Shown here piece by piece: positions 11,190 through 23,220 of a DNA stretch of 64,000 nt. Position numbers and translations under genes: made by a program. The notes below the pieces were generated by a model. The model did not search any database. It was not told the origin of the DNA and saw nothing but the letters and a program-made list of their open reading frames with translations. Origin of the DNA: Paragordius varius (taxonomy: Eukaryota; Animalia; Nematomorpha); contig OZ176052.1 in assembly GCA_964247055.1 (NCBI GenBank), positions 4,712,001 to 4,776,000 on the forward strand. The letters are read 5' to 3'. Within the stretch, counting starts at the first letter, position 1. Each line of letters opens with the position of its first letter.

Positions 11190-14042
11190 ACATTAGATAT
11201 TTAGCCAATATCTCGCATTATTAATATTAAAAAATGGCTAAAATTGTGTATTTTGTTTCATTTATGTCTATATTTTAATATATACTAGGGTAAACCATTC
11301 AATTAAAGCTGATGAATGTATTTTAATTAATGAAAAAGTACTTATATTCCAATTTTCTAAAATAATGTAAGGTCGATTAGTATAATTTTTAGGCTTGTAA
11401 TAATGAATATATTAAATATTTATATGCCATATATAACTATATAATACTTCTCTTTAATAATTCTATCATAAGGTTAGTTTTTTCCAGCTCAAAAGGTTCA
11501 AATTTGCCATCAGTATATATAATTAGGACATGTTTTGTTGTCACATCATACGAAGGTTTTAGACTAGGCTCTAACAAGGGATTCAATGAAAAGCTTGGCG
11601 CTACATGTTGTGTTTGATAAAGGTTTGGTATGGAGTTGTGGGAATATTGTTTGGGTAAATAGTTGTGTTTTAACGCAAATTGCTTAATGTAAGATGCACC
11701 ATTTGGGATGAAGGTACCCCTGTCATCACTATTATAGACATTATAATTCTTTAAATTATGCATATTATTCGTATTGGTATTTGCTTTCAATAAATATTTA
11801 ATTGGATTCAGGTCATCAAACTGTGAACAGATATCAATGAGTGCTAATGGGAAATGGACAGATTCATAACCTAAATGCACATAATTATAAAGTTTGAAAG
11901 CTTTATGAAAAAATAAAACTCGAATAAAATAATAATGTTTCTATACAGTAAAAGGAAGAGTATAACGCGGCCCTTCAGGACATTCTGTCAGCCCATAAAA
12001 ATTTAATACGAAATTTCGTAATTTGCAATATACAAAATTTTAGTAAAAATTAATTTTCTCTTACAAATTATGGGGTCCATAAAAAATTTAAAATATACCA
12101 AAAAAATACGGAATTTCAATTTGCAATATACAAAATTTTAGTAAAAATTAATTTTCTCTTATAAATTATCTAAATATGTCTTTAAAAATCAATAGTAAAA
12201 TTTTTTAAGGAATTAGATTAAAATCTAATAACATATTTATTTGTCAATATAATTTTTGAGTGCGGCTCGCCAAATTTTTTGAGTCAAAAATATAACCCAT
12301 GTAACCATTTGTGTTGGGCACCTCTGTTTTAGAGAAATATCTAAAACCACAAAATTCTATTTCCATTGGGGTTTTTTAGGAATCAATTTAAAAATATATT
12401 TTTTGATTGTTTTACCTATATAGGCGAAATCCGAATCAATGTAAAAATATCATAAAAATTTAATAAAATTTATAAACAATCTAGAACATTACCACAATGA
12501 TTTGGGCAAAGATTTATATTAGCAGCTCGGTTATTATTGTTTGTGTTAACATGCGTGTTATCGTTAAGGTTGATATTTCCATGATTGTTAGTGGTGGTAG
12601 AACCGAAGATATTAAACTTTGTGGTGAAATTCCGAAAGAAATATTCCAAATTTTGATTCAATAAATCAATGGAGGCTTGAGTTTGAATTGGCAAAATCCA
12701 ATCCATATGCGGATTACCAAACGGTAGTATGCTAATATCTGAACGTTCACCAATGCGAAATGCACAATCAATAACTTCAATCGATTCCTGGTAACATAAA
12801 ATTTTAATAAATTAAATTCTTACGTTCATTAACATAGTATAAACAACTACGTTCATTAAAATAGTATATTTAAACGCAGGTTCGCCATTATAAATTATAT
12901 ACAAACAAAATTTAATACCAATGAGCAAAATTTTTATGAATAAAAATTTAAATTTTGAAATTGTGTCCATTGATTTGAGGAACGTTTTATGCATTAATAT
13001 AGCTTATAAAGTTTATTATAAGGGTAGGATAGATTTAAATATAAATTTAATTATTATATTCCTGTTTTCACCCGCCCATTCGTTATATTATAATTATTTT
13101 GGCATAAGTTACTTTGACTGCCTTCATAAGGCAAGGAAACTTGTGTGATAAATGCGGCCTTAAATCCAACAATAAAATTATATTTAATTTTGGAGATGTA
13201 GGAGTCGGTATATATTGCGTTTTAGGTGGCCGTAATTGGTCCATTATGTTTTGATATTCAAGATTGGGATATTGATTGACGGCAACACCAGGTTTCCCTG
13301 GCAACATACCCTCACCCAAAAAGCTAATCAAATCACCCCGATAATTATCGTTCACATAGTTAATTTGTCGGGAAGCTTTAGTCTCTTTTGATTCAAATGT
13401 TGCTAGGAGAATAGTATAAATTTATATATACCATTTACAATTCAAATTCATCCTAAAAATCAATTAGGTGTTTTCGGGCTAATATAACTCATCATTTATA
13501 AGAAATATATTTTTATGGCATAGTTTATCATTTTTTCAGTATTATATTAATTTTAAACAAAATTTCATTTTTTAAAAATATAAAAAATATAGATAATTTT
13601 TAATCTTAAAAAACACATAATTTTAGGGTGAATTTGAATTGTTTAAGGGTGAAATGAAAGTTAAGGGTGAATTTGTGTAAATGGTATACTTGGAAATAAA
13701 CTGCGGCTACTTTTAAGAATATGCATATAACAAAATCAATTTTTTTTATCTGATTTGATTTTAATACAAAAAGAAATATAAACCATAGGCAGATGGTATT
13801 GGAGGAGGAGGGACGACATTGCTCCGAGAGTTTACGATATTAGGAGATCCCTGATGACAATAATTAATTTTTTCAAAGTTGTGAGGCACGTTAGGACAAT
13901 CAAAAATGATGCGTCCAATTTTTCTGGACTTACCAACTTTCCCATTACCAACGGCGGATTTAGCTTGGATTTTAGCGGGTTGTGGATTCGTTTTGGATAA
14001 TTTACTAAAGCCTTTACCGCCCAAACCTTTAAGTCGATCCAC
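11190..14042 (-). CDS. vWA-domain protein resembling calcium-channel alpha2delta/CACHD1, multi-exon
   Basis: Phase-compatible exons (ORFs 13761-14042, 13083-13355, 12470-12706 extended to about 12788, 11437-11880) give YIPTPTSPKLNIILLLD..., MKAVK|ESIEVIDCAFRIGERSDISILPFG and KHVLIIYTDGKFE. These parallel the recalled alpha2delta vWA motifs WYIQGAASPKDMLILVD and KIIMLFTDG. Both ends are uncertain. Confidence 0.45.
13429..13686. mobile_element. MITE family A, copy 2, inside an intron of the vWA gene
   Basis: TACCATTTACAATTC...TGTAAATGGTA termini and the same internal sequence as 6037-6281. Confidence 0.75.
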
Positions 14043-14899
14043 ATAATATAAATATATTGCAAAATGATATGTATAAAAGCTTTATAATTTGGTTACCTGG
14101 AGAAGTTCCATAAACCACGATTCCCGACATAAGGAATATAAATGTAAGTTGTAAGTGATTAATCATTTATAAACTGGAAACTTCAAATTCAAAAAAAAAT
14201 GTTAAATAAAAATTTGGTAAATACAAAGTTTGCAAAACAAGGCTGACTTATATACACTAACTTTCTCAATAGAGTACCGGCTCTCTTTTGTATTATGTAT
14301 ACTTGTAAATTTTCTACTTCAATAAATTAGTGTCACAACATAAGTCTCATTCTCATATCTATGTGAGTTATTTTTCATGTTATATTGCGACGGCTTTTAT
14401 TTCATAAAAGGATATGAACTTATCTTGGATATGACCAATAAAATGCTATTAAATACCAATTTTATTATTATTTCTTTTTATCATATAATCTTATATGATA
14501 TTATTTAACTTTTACGTTGTTACTAGTTTATGATACAGAAAAATTTGATTCAATTCAATGGCAAAGAAATTTTAGGACACAAGGATTTAACAGATTGGGT
14601 ATAAATTATTAGCTAGAAATTTTATATATTTTAACGTATATGTGTTAGATTTTTTGGTATATTTTTATTTTTATAAAATACGCGTCTCAGTCTCGCCGAT
14701 AATTAAAATATGTGGATACTGAATCACTAATTCAGAATATCCCTCTTTCAAAATAATAAATGACTAGTTGACCTTAAATACAACATAATAAGATATCTAA
14801 TAATTAATTGATGTTTTAGAAATTTACTTTGTATTTTTTTTTCTCTACTAAATCATATCATTTCAATCATTACAAAATATATATACCAGAACCACATAC

Positions 14900-15250
14900 C
14901 CTTTAATTACTTACGGAAAAGACTCAACTGGAGCCATTTCAGGTTTTAAGAACTGCAGGTTCTAAAATGATGTCGTTAACGATATCAACTTTTTATCTGG
15001 TCGCTATAAAAAAATTTGGTGTGGAATGATGAAAAAACATTTCGTAAAAACCATCTATAATTGCGATACTAATGAATTAGTTAAAATCAAATTTAAGTCT
15101 GGAGTTCCTTGGCAATCAATCATATTTCCTACAACATATTTAGGAGCGATTATAAAATATCATTTGAGATTGGGGATAATTTTTTTAACAATTTATGGTT
15201 TTAGAAGGATAGTTCTGCGTATTATTTACAGAATATTAAGACATTAGCTT
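14900..15250 (+). pseudogene. Degenerate non-LTR (LINE) reverse transcriptase fragment
   Basis: Translation ...VKIKFKSGVPWQSIIFPT matches a decayed GVPQGS RT motif, with stops in flanking frames. Confidence 0.55.
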
Positions 15251-15998
15251 AGAAACCATTTGAGAGCCTTTAATGGTTTTTTATAAATATAAAATCTAGT
15301 TGATTTGTGTGAAAATTTTACAACATATATAACAAACTCCTTCTTGCAAAGTGTTTCCATTGAATATTGATACTTATTTTATGTTATTTATTTTTGTTTC
15401 ATGTTTTGTAGATTAATTCGAACATAAACCTATATTAACGGGTTAGTTAGGCAACGGATTTTCATTGCTACAGTAAAAAATAAATGGGAAATAAAGTATT
15501 TTTAACATAAATTAAAAGAATCTAAGTTTTGGACACTATTTCTTCTATACATTTATAGGAGATATAGATCGCAATAAATTAGTGAATTAAATTTATTCAA
15601 TTAAAAGCATATAAAAAATAACATTTACATATATACATATATTTAAATGTACATACATGTCCCTTTTCGGTACACATATATGAGAGACATATTAACATTG
15701 CAATATGTTCCCCTTCTCGCTATATATCTTATTAGAGAAATGGTAACATTGCATATGTGTTGTGCCTACTTCATTAAATAATTTTTTAGGTATTATATAT
15801 AACTTTTTTTTATAAAAAATTAAGTTCTTATCAATTAATTAAGATGATATTTCAGAAAATTTTAACTGATATCATATAAGACAATAAAAAAATATATTTG
15901 AAATTAACATATAATCGCTTATGTGCGTAATAAAACTTGTATTATACAAATTTAAATATTGATTTGATTTTGCTGACTTTTTTTATAAAAACATTATA

Positions 15999-16160
15999 CA
16001 GTGGCGTATGCAGTAAAAGATTGTTAGTGCAAAATAATCTTAATGAACACAAAACAGGGGGACAATTTTTATATATTAAAGTCCTATTTATATACATATC
16101 CATAATATCCCCCTATTAAGATTATTTTGCACTAACAATCTTTTACTGCATACGCTACTG
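15999..16160. mobile_element. 162-bp Tc1/pogo-type MITE with long terminal inverted repeats
   Basis: TA|CAGTGGCGTATGCAGTAAAAGATTGTTAGTGCAAAATAATCTTAAT ... ATTAAGATTATTTTGCACTAACAATCTTTTACTGCATACGCTACTG|TA: about 46-bp inverted repeat with one mismatch, flanked by TA. Confidence 0.85.
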
Positions 16161-16239
16161 TAATTCACCTAAAATTAGTTAAACTGAGAAATATCACGTA
16201 AAATAATATCATTTATTTATTTATAATTATTTTATGGTT

Positions 16240-17479
16240 CAAGTGGTAATTTATTTAAGCAAATATTTTTGACAATTTTTTTGGTGTGCTAATAATATTT
16301 AAAAAATGAATGTGTTTTTTTCGAGGGCTATGAACCTTATAATCGCAAATATTCCACAGTTATTGACACATATGCACATATTTATACTCTAAATCGGCAC
16401 ATTGAATTTTTTGCAGATTGCATTTAAATCTAGCTTAAAACTCGTTTTGCACCATTTAGTTTAAAAAATTAATAATTTTATTAACAACATTTATTTTGAT
16501 AACCAATAATTTTTGACGAATTTGGTTTAGCCTCATGACAGGCAACACGTCGTCCATATGAGGATTGGTTAAGCGATTTCTGTATGTATTCTTGACATAC
16601 TTTATTAATGAATATGCCGCACGTGTAAGTTGTAACTTGAGCAAATTGGAAACATTTTTAAAATCTAAGATTTTTTAATGATATGCATCTGATCAAAACG
16701 AAATGCTCAAATTGCTTAATAATAGATATATTCATGAGCCATGGATATTAGTTTTAATTTAATATTTCTTTATTTTTAAAATCTGAATTTCATCTCATTA
16801 GTTAAAATTTTAAATGATTGCCTATTATTATAATCCCCCTATAAATTCCATATTTTCTTCATAAATCGTTATAAGTGTTGAAAAATATCTGGGAGAAAGC
16901 TATGGACATAATAGATTATTCTTTTTAGTATAATTCCTAAATTTATATTTTTCGTTTCTTTCCTCATGATTTTCTGGTGATGGATTGTAAATGTCTTTCA
17001 ATATTGTATTTTTTAAGAATTATGTTGTCCTTACATATGTGGCAGGTAACAACATTTTTATTTAAAATGACAAAGAATTTTTCCTCCATTCTTTTTTAAA
17101 GAAGCGATTTTCATCGGATAATTTACGTTTTTTAGCATTAGATGTCATCCTTTGAATTTATGTTTAATTATTATGTAAATTTTTTCAAAAAAATAGGAAT
17201 ATAATTTGAATTATGCAATAAAAAAACAGAATAAAAATAATGATGTTGATTTGTAAAATATGAGTTATATAAAATGATGCAGATAGCAATGAAAGGATGT
17301 TTATGCAAGTTGGGTGAAAGGTTTGCTTAAATACAAAAAAGGAATGCCATTTAAAATAGAAGAGAAAATAGAATAGAGAAACAGAAACAACGTGTGCCAA
17401 AATTTTGAAATTATTTTATAAGGCAGGGAAATTTTTCTACATTTCAAATTGGGTAAAAGCCGCGGTTTGAGTACCACTG
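16240..17479 (-). mobile_element. Internally deleted hAT (Charlie/SPIN-like) element remnant
   Basis: Terminus CAGTGGTACTCAAACCGCGGC (minus strand) at 17479. Frameshifted N-terminus MTSNAKKRKLSDENRFFKKEW...CHICKDNIILKKYNIERH near 17140-16960, and C-terminal dimerisation-like AAYSLIKYVKNTYRNRLTNPHM in ORF 16456-16644. Left boundary approximate. Confidence 0.7.
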
Positions 17480-18691
17480 ATATAAACTACTATAAATTGA
17501 AAAATATTATTGATATCAAATTTTAGTTTTTCAGGTGTAAAATCCAGAATTATTATAATACCTCTTTAAAATGGTCTAGTTTACTTAAAAGAACGTACGG
17601 GATGGCGCGATAAATTAAATTATATGATTGATTATGACATCAATAACTAATTTTGAATAAATGCATACTTGCTTTAATTTTTATTAAAATATTCTGTTGG
17701 AGCGTACATATTTTATGACATTTTGCAAGGTGAACGGGGCACAAAAACATTCTCCATATAACGATGATGCTTAACATTTTTATTACCTGAGATCTTTGAA
17801 TATAGAAATGTATCATCAATGGATTAACAAAAATTAGTAGGATCATACTGATAAGGTGATTTTTACTGTGTTTTTATACTATACCATTTTTCAGTCTAAC
17901 CCTTTTCAACCAACCGCAACACTTTTTCAACCAAATGGAACATTTTTATTGCGTTTGCTTGAAAGTGTTGCATTTGGTTGAAAGGATGTTGCTTTTGACT
18001 GAATGGTTTACATATAGCCAACCTAAAAAATTACCATAAAATACCATTTGGCTCAAAATAAATTTTTACGCAAATCACTTTTTTGATGACAATCTAGCAA
18101 TTATTAATATATATTTCGCAGTCTCGGCAATGGATTTTTAATAGCCCTTTTTGGGGGGAGCTAAAATTTGAAATTTTAGCAACATTTAAAAAAATTCAAA
18201 ATATATATGTAAATAATATGTTTTTGAATGAACCAATTTAGCTAATAATAAAAAATAAATTTAGCATATGCGCATAATATCACTTGTAAGATCCATGAAA
18301 AATCACCGTAAGAGGATCCTAATGCATTTTTCGATTATACATATGTTTCATCATCATATTTTTCCGTATATATATATATATATAATAAGTTATTAGCGGT
18401 GCATTGTCGAACGTCGCTTAAACATAATTAACACTATCTGAATTAATATTTCTGATCAAATAAAAACAAAAAAACTGTTATTAGTAGTCCAGGTGAATGA
18501 TTTTTTATTGGAATCCAGTTTCACACAAGATAATGATTTTATTTTTAAAAAAATAGTATACCTGGTTTAGTCCCAAATTATTAATGAAATAAAATCGCAG
18601 CAAAAAGTATGTAGTCATTTAGTTTATCTGACATTAAACGACAAACACATTGGATCCGCCAATAAGTAGCTAGGTAGATTAAATAGTAATC

Positions 18692-19680
18692 ATGTCAAAT
18701 TTTAAGCCTAAAAAAGGGAACATGGCACATATTCCTTTTTATTCCATCAGATATTGTTGAAAGTAATCGTTTAGTTAAATATGGTGAATATACTTCTTCG
18801 ATTAAATTAAAAATTAGGTTGTGATTTGAAGTTTAAGAGAATATGTACTCAGGTTGACCACACATTGAAAAGATGAATAGTTCCAGAGTTATTGGTGATA
18901 ATCTCACTAAATCTGAATGGTAAGGGCAAAAACATTGCATGTATCACAAAAGGCAATCAGACGTCTATCTATGAGCCATGTGAAAACCAATAAACTTGAT
19001 GAATCGGACACCCAATAAGAATGATTTCCATGAAATCAAGAAGACTTGTGAAATCCTGCTTCAATCTCAGAAAAAAATTTACATCCAATAATGACGGGTA
19101 ATGAGTATTGGCTTTATTGCATAAAGCCAAAAGAAAAGCTTCACCTTGCCTAGCCGGTCTCTCAACACTAAGGCCAAATCTGAGCAAGAAAACTATTCCC
19201 TGTGTCTGGTGAGAGCATAGCGGTATTGTGTATTGTAAACTTTTGAAGTGAGGAGAAACCGTTAATAAAGCTATCGCCAACAAAAAATTAGTTTAAACCA
19301 TGGATTGATTTAAAAATGACCGGAAACATGGCAAAATTCTGATAATATGCTTCATCTCACACAGAACAATGAAGAACACCTTAAAATTGTTTCGATGAGA
19401 ATTTTTCCACGTCCGCCTCACTCTCCTAGATTGACGCCATCTAACTATTAGCTTTTGTAATGGCACACGCTCGCCTAGTAGCACTTCAAAAATTTTTATT
19501 ATGTAGGAGAACGATGAATGGTTTGCCGCAAAAGACAATCAGTTTATCTGACATGGCTTTCATACTTGAGAAATTGGCGAAATGTCTGCAGCCGTTGGAA
19601 ATTTTTTAAATAAAGTAAATGATTTATAAAATTATCTGTTTACCAATAAACCGCTGATGACACATGAACACACCTAGTTA
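18692..19680 (+). pseudogene. Decayed mariner transposase (Mos1/mauritiana-like)
   Basis: Frameshifted pieces MSNFKPKKGNM, KKTCEILLQS, LHPIMTGNEYWLY, SGIVYCKLLK*GETVN and IFPRPPHSPRLTPSNY follow the order of the recalled Mos1 motifs (MSSFVPNKEQ, RKNTCEILLS, LHRIVTGDEKW, GETVN, HPAYSPDLAPSDY). Confidence 0.8.
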
Positions 19681-21877
19681 AAATCTTTAAGGGCGGTCAA
19701 GTCAGACTGAGTGGTAAATAATCTGACCGAGTCATCTCCCATAATATTATAAAATTCCACTTTTGAATTCGAAAGAGGTTACTTTTTTCCGGGAAAGTTT
19801 CGAATCCCATATCTTTTCATATAACGCGGAGCTATATAATGGGAGATTTCACAAAATACTCAGTTCCTTGTACAAAAAAATAAAATCCATAATGTTTTTT
19901 GGGGTGGCTTATCGCAGCTCTATTTAACATTTGGTATATTAGACCAAATTTAAAAATGAGCTTTGTTTAACTTTTAAGGGGTACGGTTCATAAATTATGA
20001 TAAAAAATTCAACATTAAACTTTTTCGTTTTAAATATTATTGATCGCTAATAATTCAACAGGCAATAATATGGTTAGAAGGAAATCAACTTTAGAAATAA
20101 ATACTGTTGATTTTCAAATCGGCTGTGTCAATTATGTTTTTTCTGTTAATTTGAAATAGATTAAAATTTTAAAAAATAAAAATTTCTAATACGGGAGAAC
20201 AGTGTAAGATAAATAAGGTTTTACCAAAACAGTTTTTAAATTATAGATAATAAACCATGGGATTTAAAATTACTACAAAATTTAATCGTGAAACAAAAAA
20301 TAATAAATATATCAAAAAGTCCTTGCAGGATCATAACACAAATTTTTTTAAAAAGTTCTCAGTCACCCTCGACTAATTTAGAAATGAATCAATGATTTTC
20401 ACTATTGGGCCCCAGAAAATTGCTCCACTTTATGCATATGAGTATGTGTTAAAAAGCTATTCAATAGTCAGAATGTTTCATGGTTCTTGAAACAAGAAAG
20501 TTATATATGACTCTTATTTTTGAGTGATCAAATGTTTTAGAGTCTAAAACAGGGGTGTCCAACACAAATGGTTTTTCAGCTGCCTTAGACACAAAAGAAC
20601 GCTGGGCCCTTTTAAATATATGGGATTAAATAAATATTTTATGGGATTACAAACACACAAAACATTAAGAAACAAAACACAATATAACAATCTAGTTCGT
20701 TACCATTTTTATACACTTTGCGTCGAAAATCGGGGGATATAAAAAAATATTTTGATGAAATATATATTTTGATAGCGAAATATATCATCATGGTGCTTTT
20801 GGTTTTGGCCCTTAGGAGAGATATAAAAGGTTTTTATCACTTTTGTAGTCACTCCTCCATTTCAGAAAATAGCAAAATGCGCACACATTTTTTATATTTT
20901 TTTATTTGATAAAAACTTAATGCTTCATTCCAAAAGATAAAACGAAAATATATGATAAACCACATATATAAATATTACAATATTATTAAAAAAATTAATT
21001 TTTGTACGTGGCCTCCAAAAGGCCAAAATTTTTTCGCTCTTTTAAAATGGGTTGGTTTTCTCTAAATAAACGAATGCCGATATTGTGCGATAATAAGGTT
21101 AAGTATAAGGTAAATTTTGGTATCAACTAAATTTTTTAAAATGCATACTTTTTATAAAAATTTAATTTTAAATAAATTTGGTTGAAGAGTACTTCATACT
21201 GTTTTGAGATATCGTGGAAACATTTTATAAACGCTTTACACTTTATTAACTTTTGGGGTTGTTTCACATCCCAAAGCGATTTAAAGCACGAATATCTTAA
21301 AAAGTATTTAATGTATTAAGCCGAATTATGTGCTTTCTTTAGTTTAAGCGCATTAAAAAATTTTAAAAATGTATTGTAAAAAAATTCTCATCTCAAACTT
21401 TTGCCGCCATATTCGCTGCTATTTTTTTTAAATCGCTAATGCAACAGCCAAATAAATGTATATTATGGTCAGAAAATATAAATTAACTTTAATAAGATTT
21501 CAGGCTACATTTACCAGCAAAAACTTGTTATTTTGATTTCAATATCAGCTGTTTGATTCAATCGTATTTTGGACCTGTCTCATAGACTCTAGAAGTCACA
21601 AACTGTTAAAAATATTTATATCCGCTACATAAGTGATAACAATTAAATCATAAATAGCTTTTAAAACTGTAGTTTATTTACAATGGGCTGTGGGAGATAA
21701 AACTGCCCCAAAAGGTACACTAGGATAAAAAAGTGGAAAGGTAATGAAGTGTTAAAATATTATAAAAAAATTTTTTATAATTCGATAATGCTGAATATTT
21801 CTCATCGCTTTCGAGTTATTATTAAAAGGTTCGTGTGCATTTATATTTTAGTGGATTTAAAAAAAACATATAATTAA

Positions 21878-22459
21878 CACTTGGATACAACACACTCATT
21901 TTAGTCCTTCGATTCAAATTGGGGTAGTTGGATACCCCAGGCCTGTTTAAAATCAAATACTTATAAAAGTATGGAAGCAATCGAAACCATGGCAAAATTT
22001 TGCACTTACATAACATTAATAACCCGAAATATATAAAAAATTTTATTCAAAAATACTTGATATTACATATTTTGAGCTAAAACTGAAAGGTAAAAATTTA
22101 GTCAACGTGACATGTGTCAAATTGTAAAATTAAAAAATAATACAAAATAAACCGCTTTTTCTATTTCTATCAATGTTAAGTGTAATTTATATAAAAAATA
22201 AGCTTTAGTTTTACCCTTAAAATTAAATGAAGACGATATTTTGAAAAATTTTTGTGAAATAAAAATGGCGTCGAAGTAGTTTGAGATGGAACTTTTTTTT
22301 CAAAACAAAATTTTATCTAGATATATTGGCATATTTATATAATATTTATCAGGATAGAAGCATAAATTTAAATTGGGACCGTTTCCTTAAGTAGTTTTTA
22401 AAAAATTTTAATTTAAATTCAGTCTGGGGTATTTAGATACCCCAATTTGAATCGAAGTG
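21878..22459. mobile_element. 582-bp TTAA-targeting (piggyBac-like) MITE, family B, solo copy
   Basis: TTAA|CACTTGGATAC ... GAATCGAAGTG|TTAA. The same sequence occurs four times at 54213-56443. Confidence 0.8.
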
Positions 22460-23220
22460 TTAATATAATTATGATGTTCAGCATCATCGAATGATGTAGA
22501 AGTGTTTACATAATATCTTAAAACAGTTTTTACTCTTTCCATCATGCCACAAAATAATTCAAGGATGCTTCAAAAAATTGTGCGAAAAATTAATAATTTT
22601 TGAAATTTCTTTAGTTGATATCAAAGTTTAACATATATTTAGCAATTTATCAAATCATTTTTTTATTTTAAAAAACGAGCCTATTATAAAAGAGTAATTT
22701 GGGACTCGGATTTCACATCTAAATAAATTTTTGAAAAATTTATTTTCCTCTCAGAATATATATTTTATAAGGATATTTTATTTGTAGATCATGGTTTTAT
22801 ATATACCTGTTAAATATAAATTTTACTAACATTTTTTCAGCATATTTTTGCAAATTAAAAATAAAATACTGTTGGATACTCCTGGTTTAAAATTAACTGG
22901 TATTTCCAATTAAACAAAGCCCTGATTACATAAAACAATAGATTAATAATGTATATCAGTGCTCCTAAAACCGCGGCCCGGCCGCATGCGTCCCTAAAAG
23001 TGCTTTTTCTGGCCCTGATTTAATTAAACTTTTTATACTTATTTTAAATATAAAAATCTGCAAATGTGTCAGAAGCTATGAAAATTTGTCGGTTTTATAT
23101 GGTTGTCCAGCTCTTGAGACAAATAATATGTCCTTTATAATTTTTGATGAGTGCCACTGATATATCTTTTAGTACACTTCTTACAAGCGAGTGTATCATA
23201 TGATAAAAATGATCTCATAG

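Noticed and set aside
14070-14100. A 17-nt intron candidate (GTAACCAAATTATAAAG, minus strand), and a similar 18-nt candidate near 45645
   Set aside because: No recognisable conserved protein spans the junction, so splicing cannot be inferred. Excluded from the micro-intron set.
15999-16160. Long hairpin as a microRNA precursor
   Set aside because: TA-flanked CAGT termini and long TIRs around a loop of about 70 nt fit a Tc1/pogo MITE better, and there is no small-RNA evidence.
18969-19538. Minus-strand ORFs of 104 and 81 aa that look like a membrane protein
   Set aside because: They are the antisense of the decayed mariner transposase on the plus strand.
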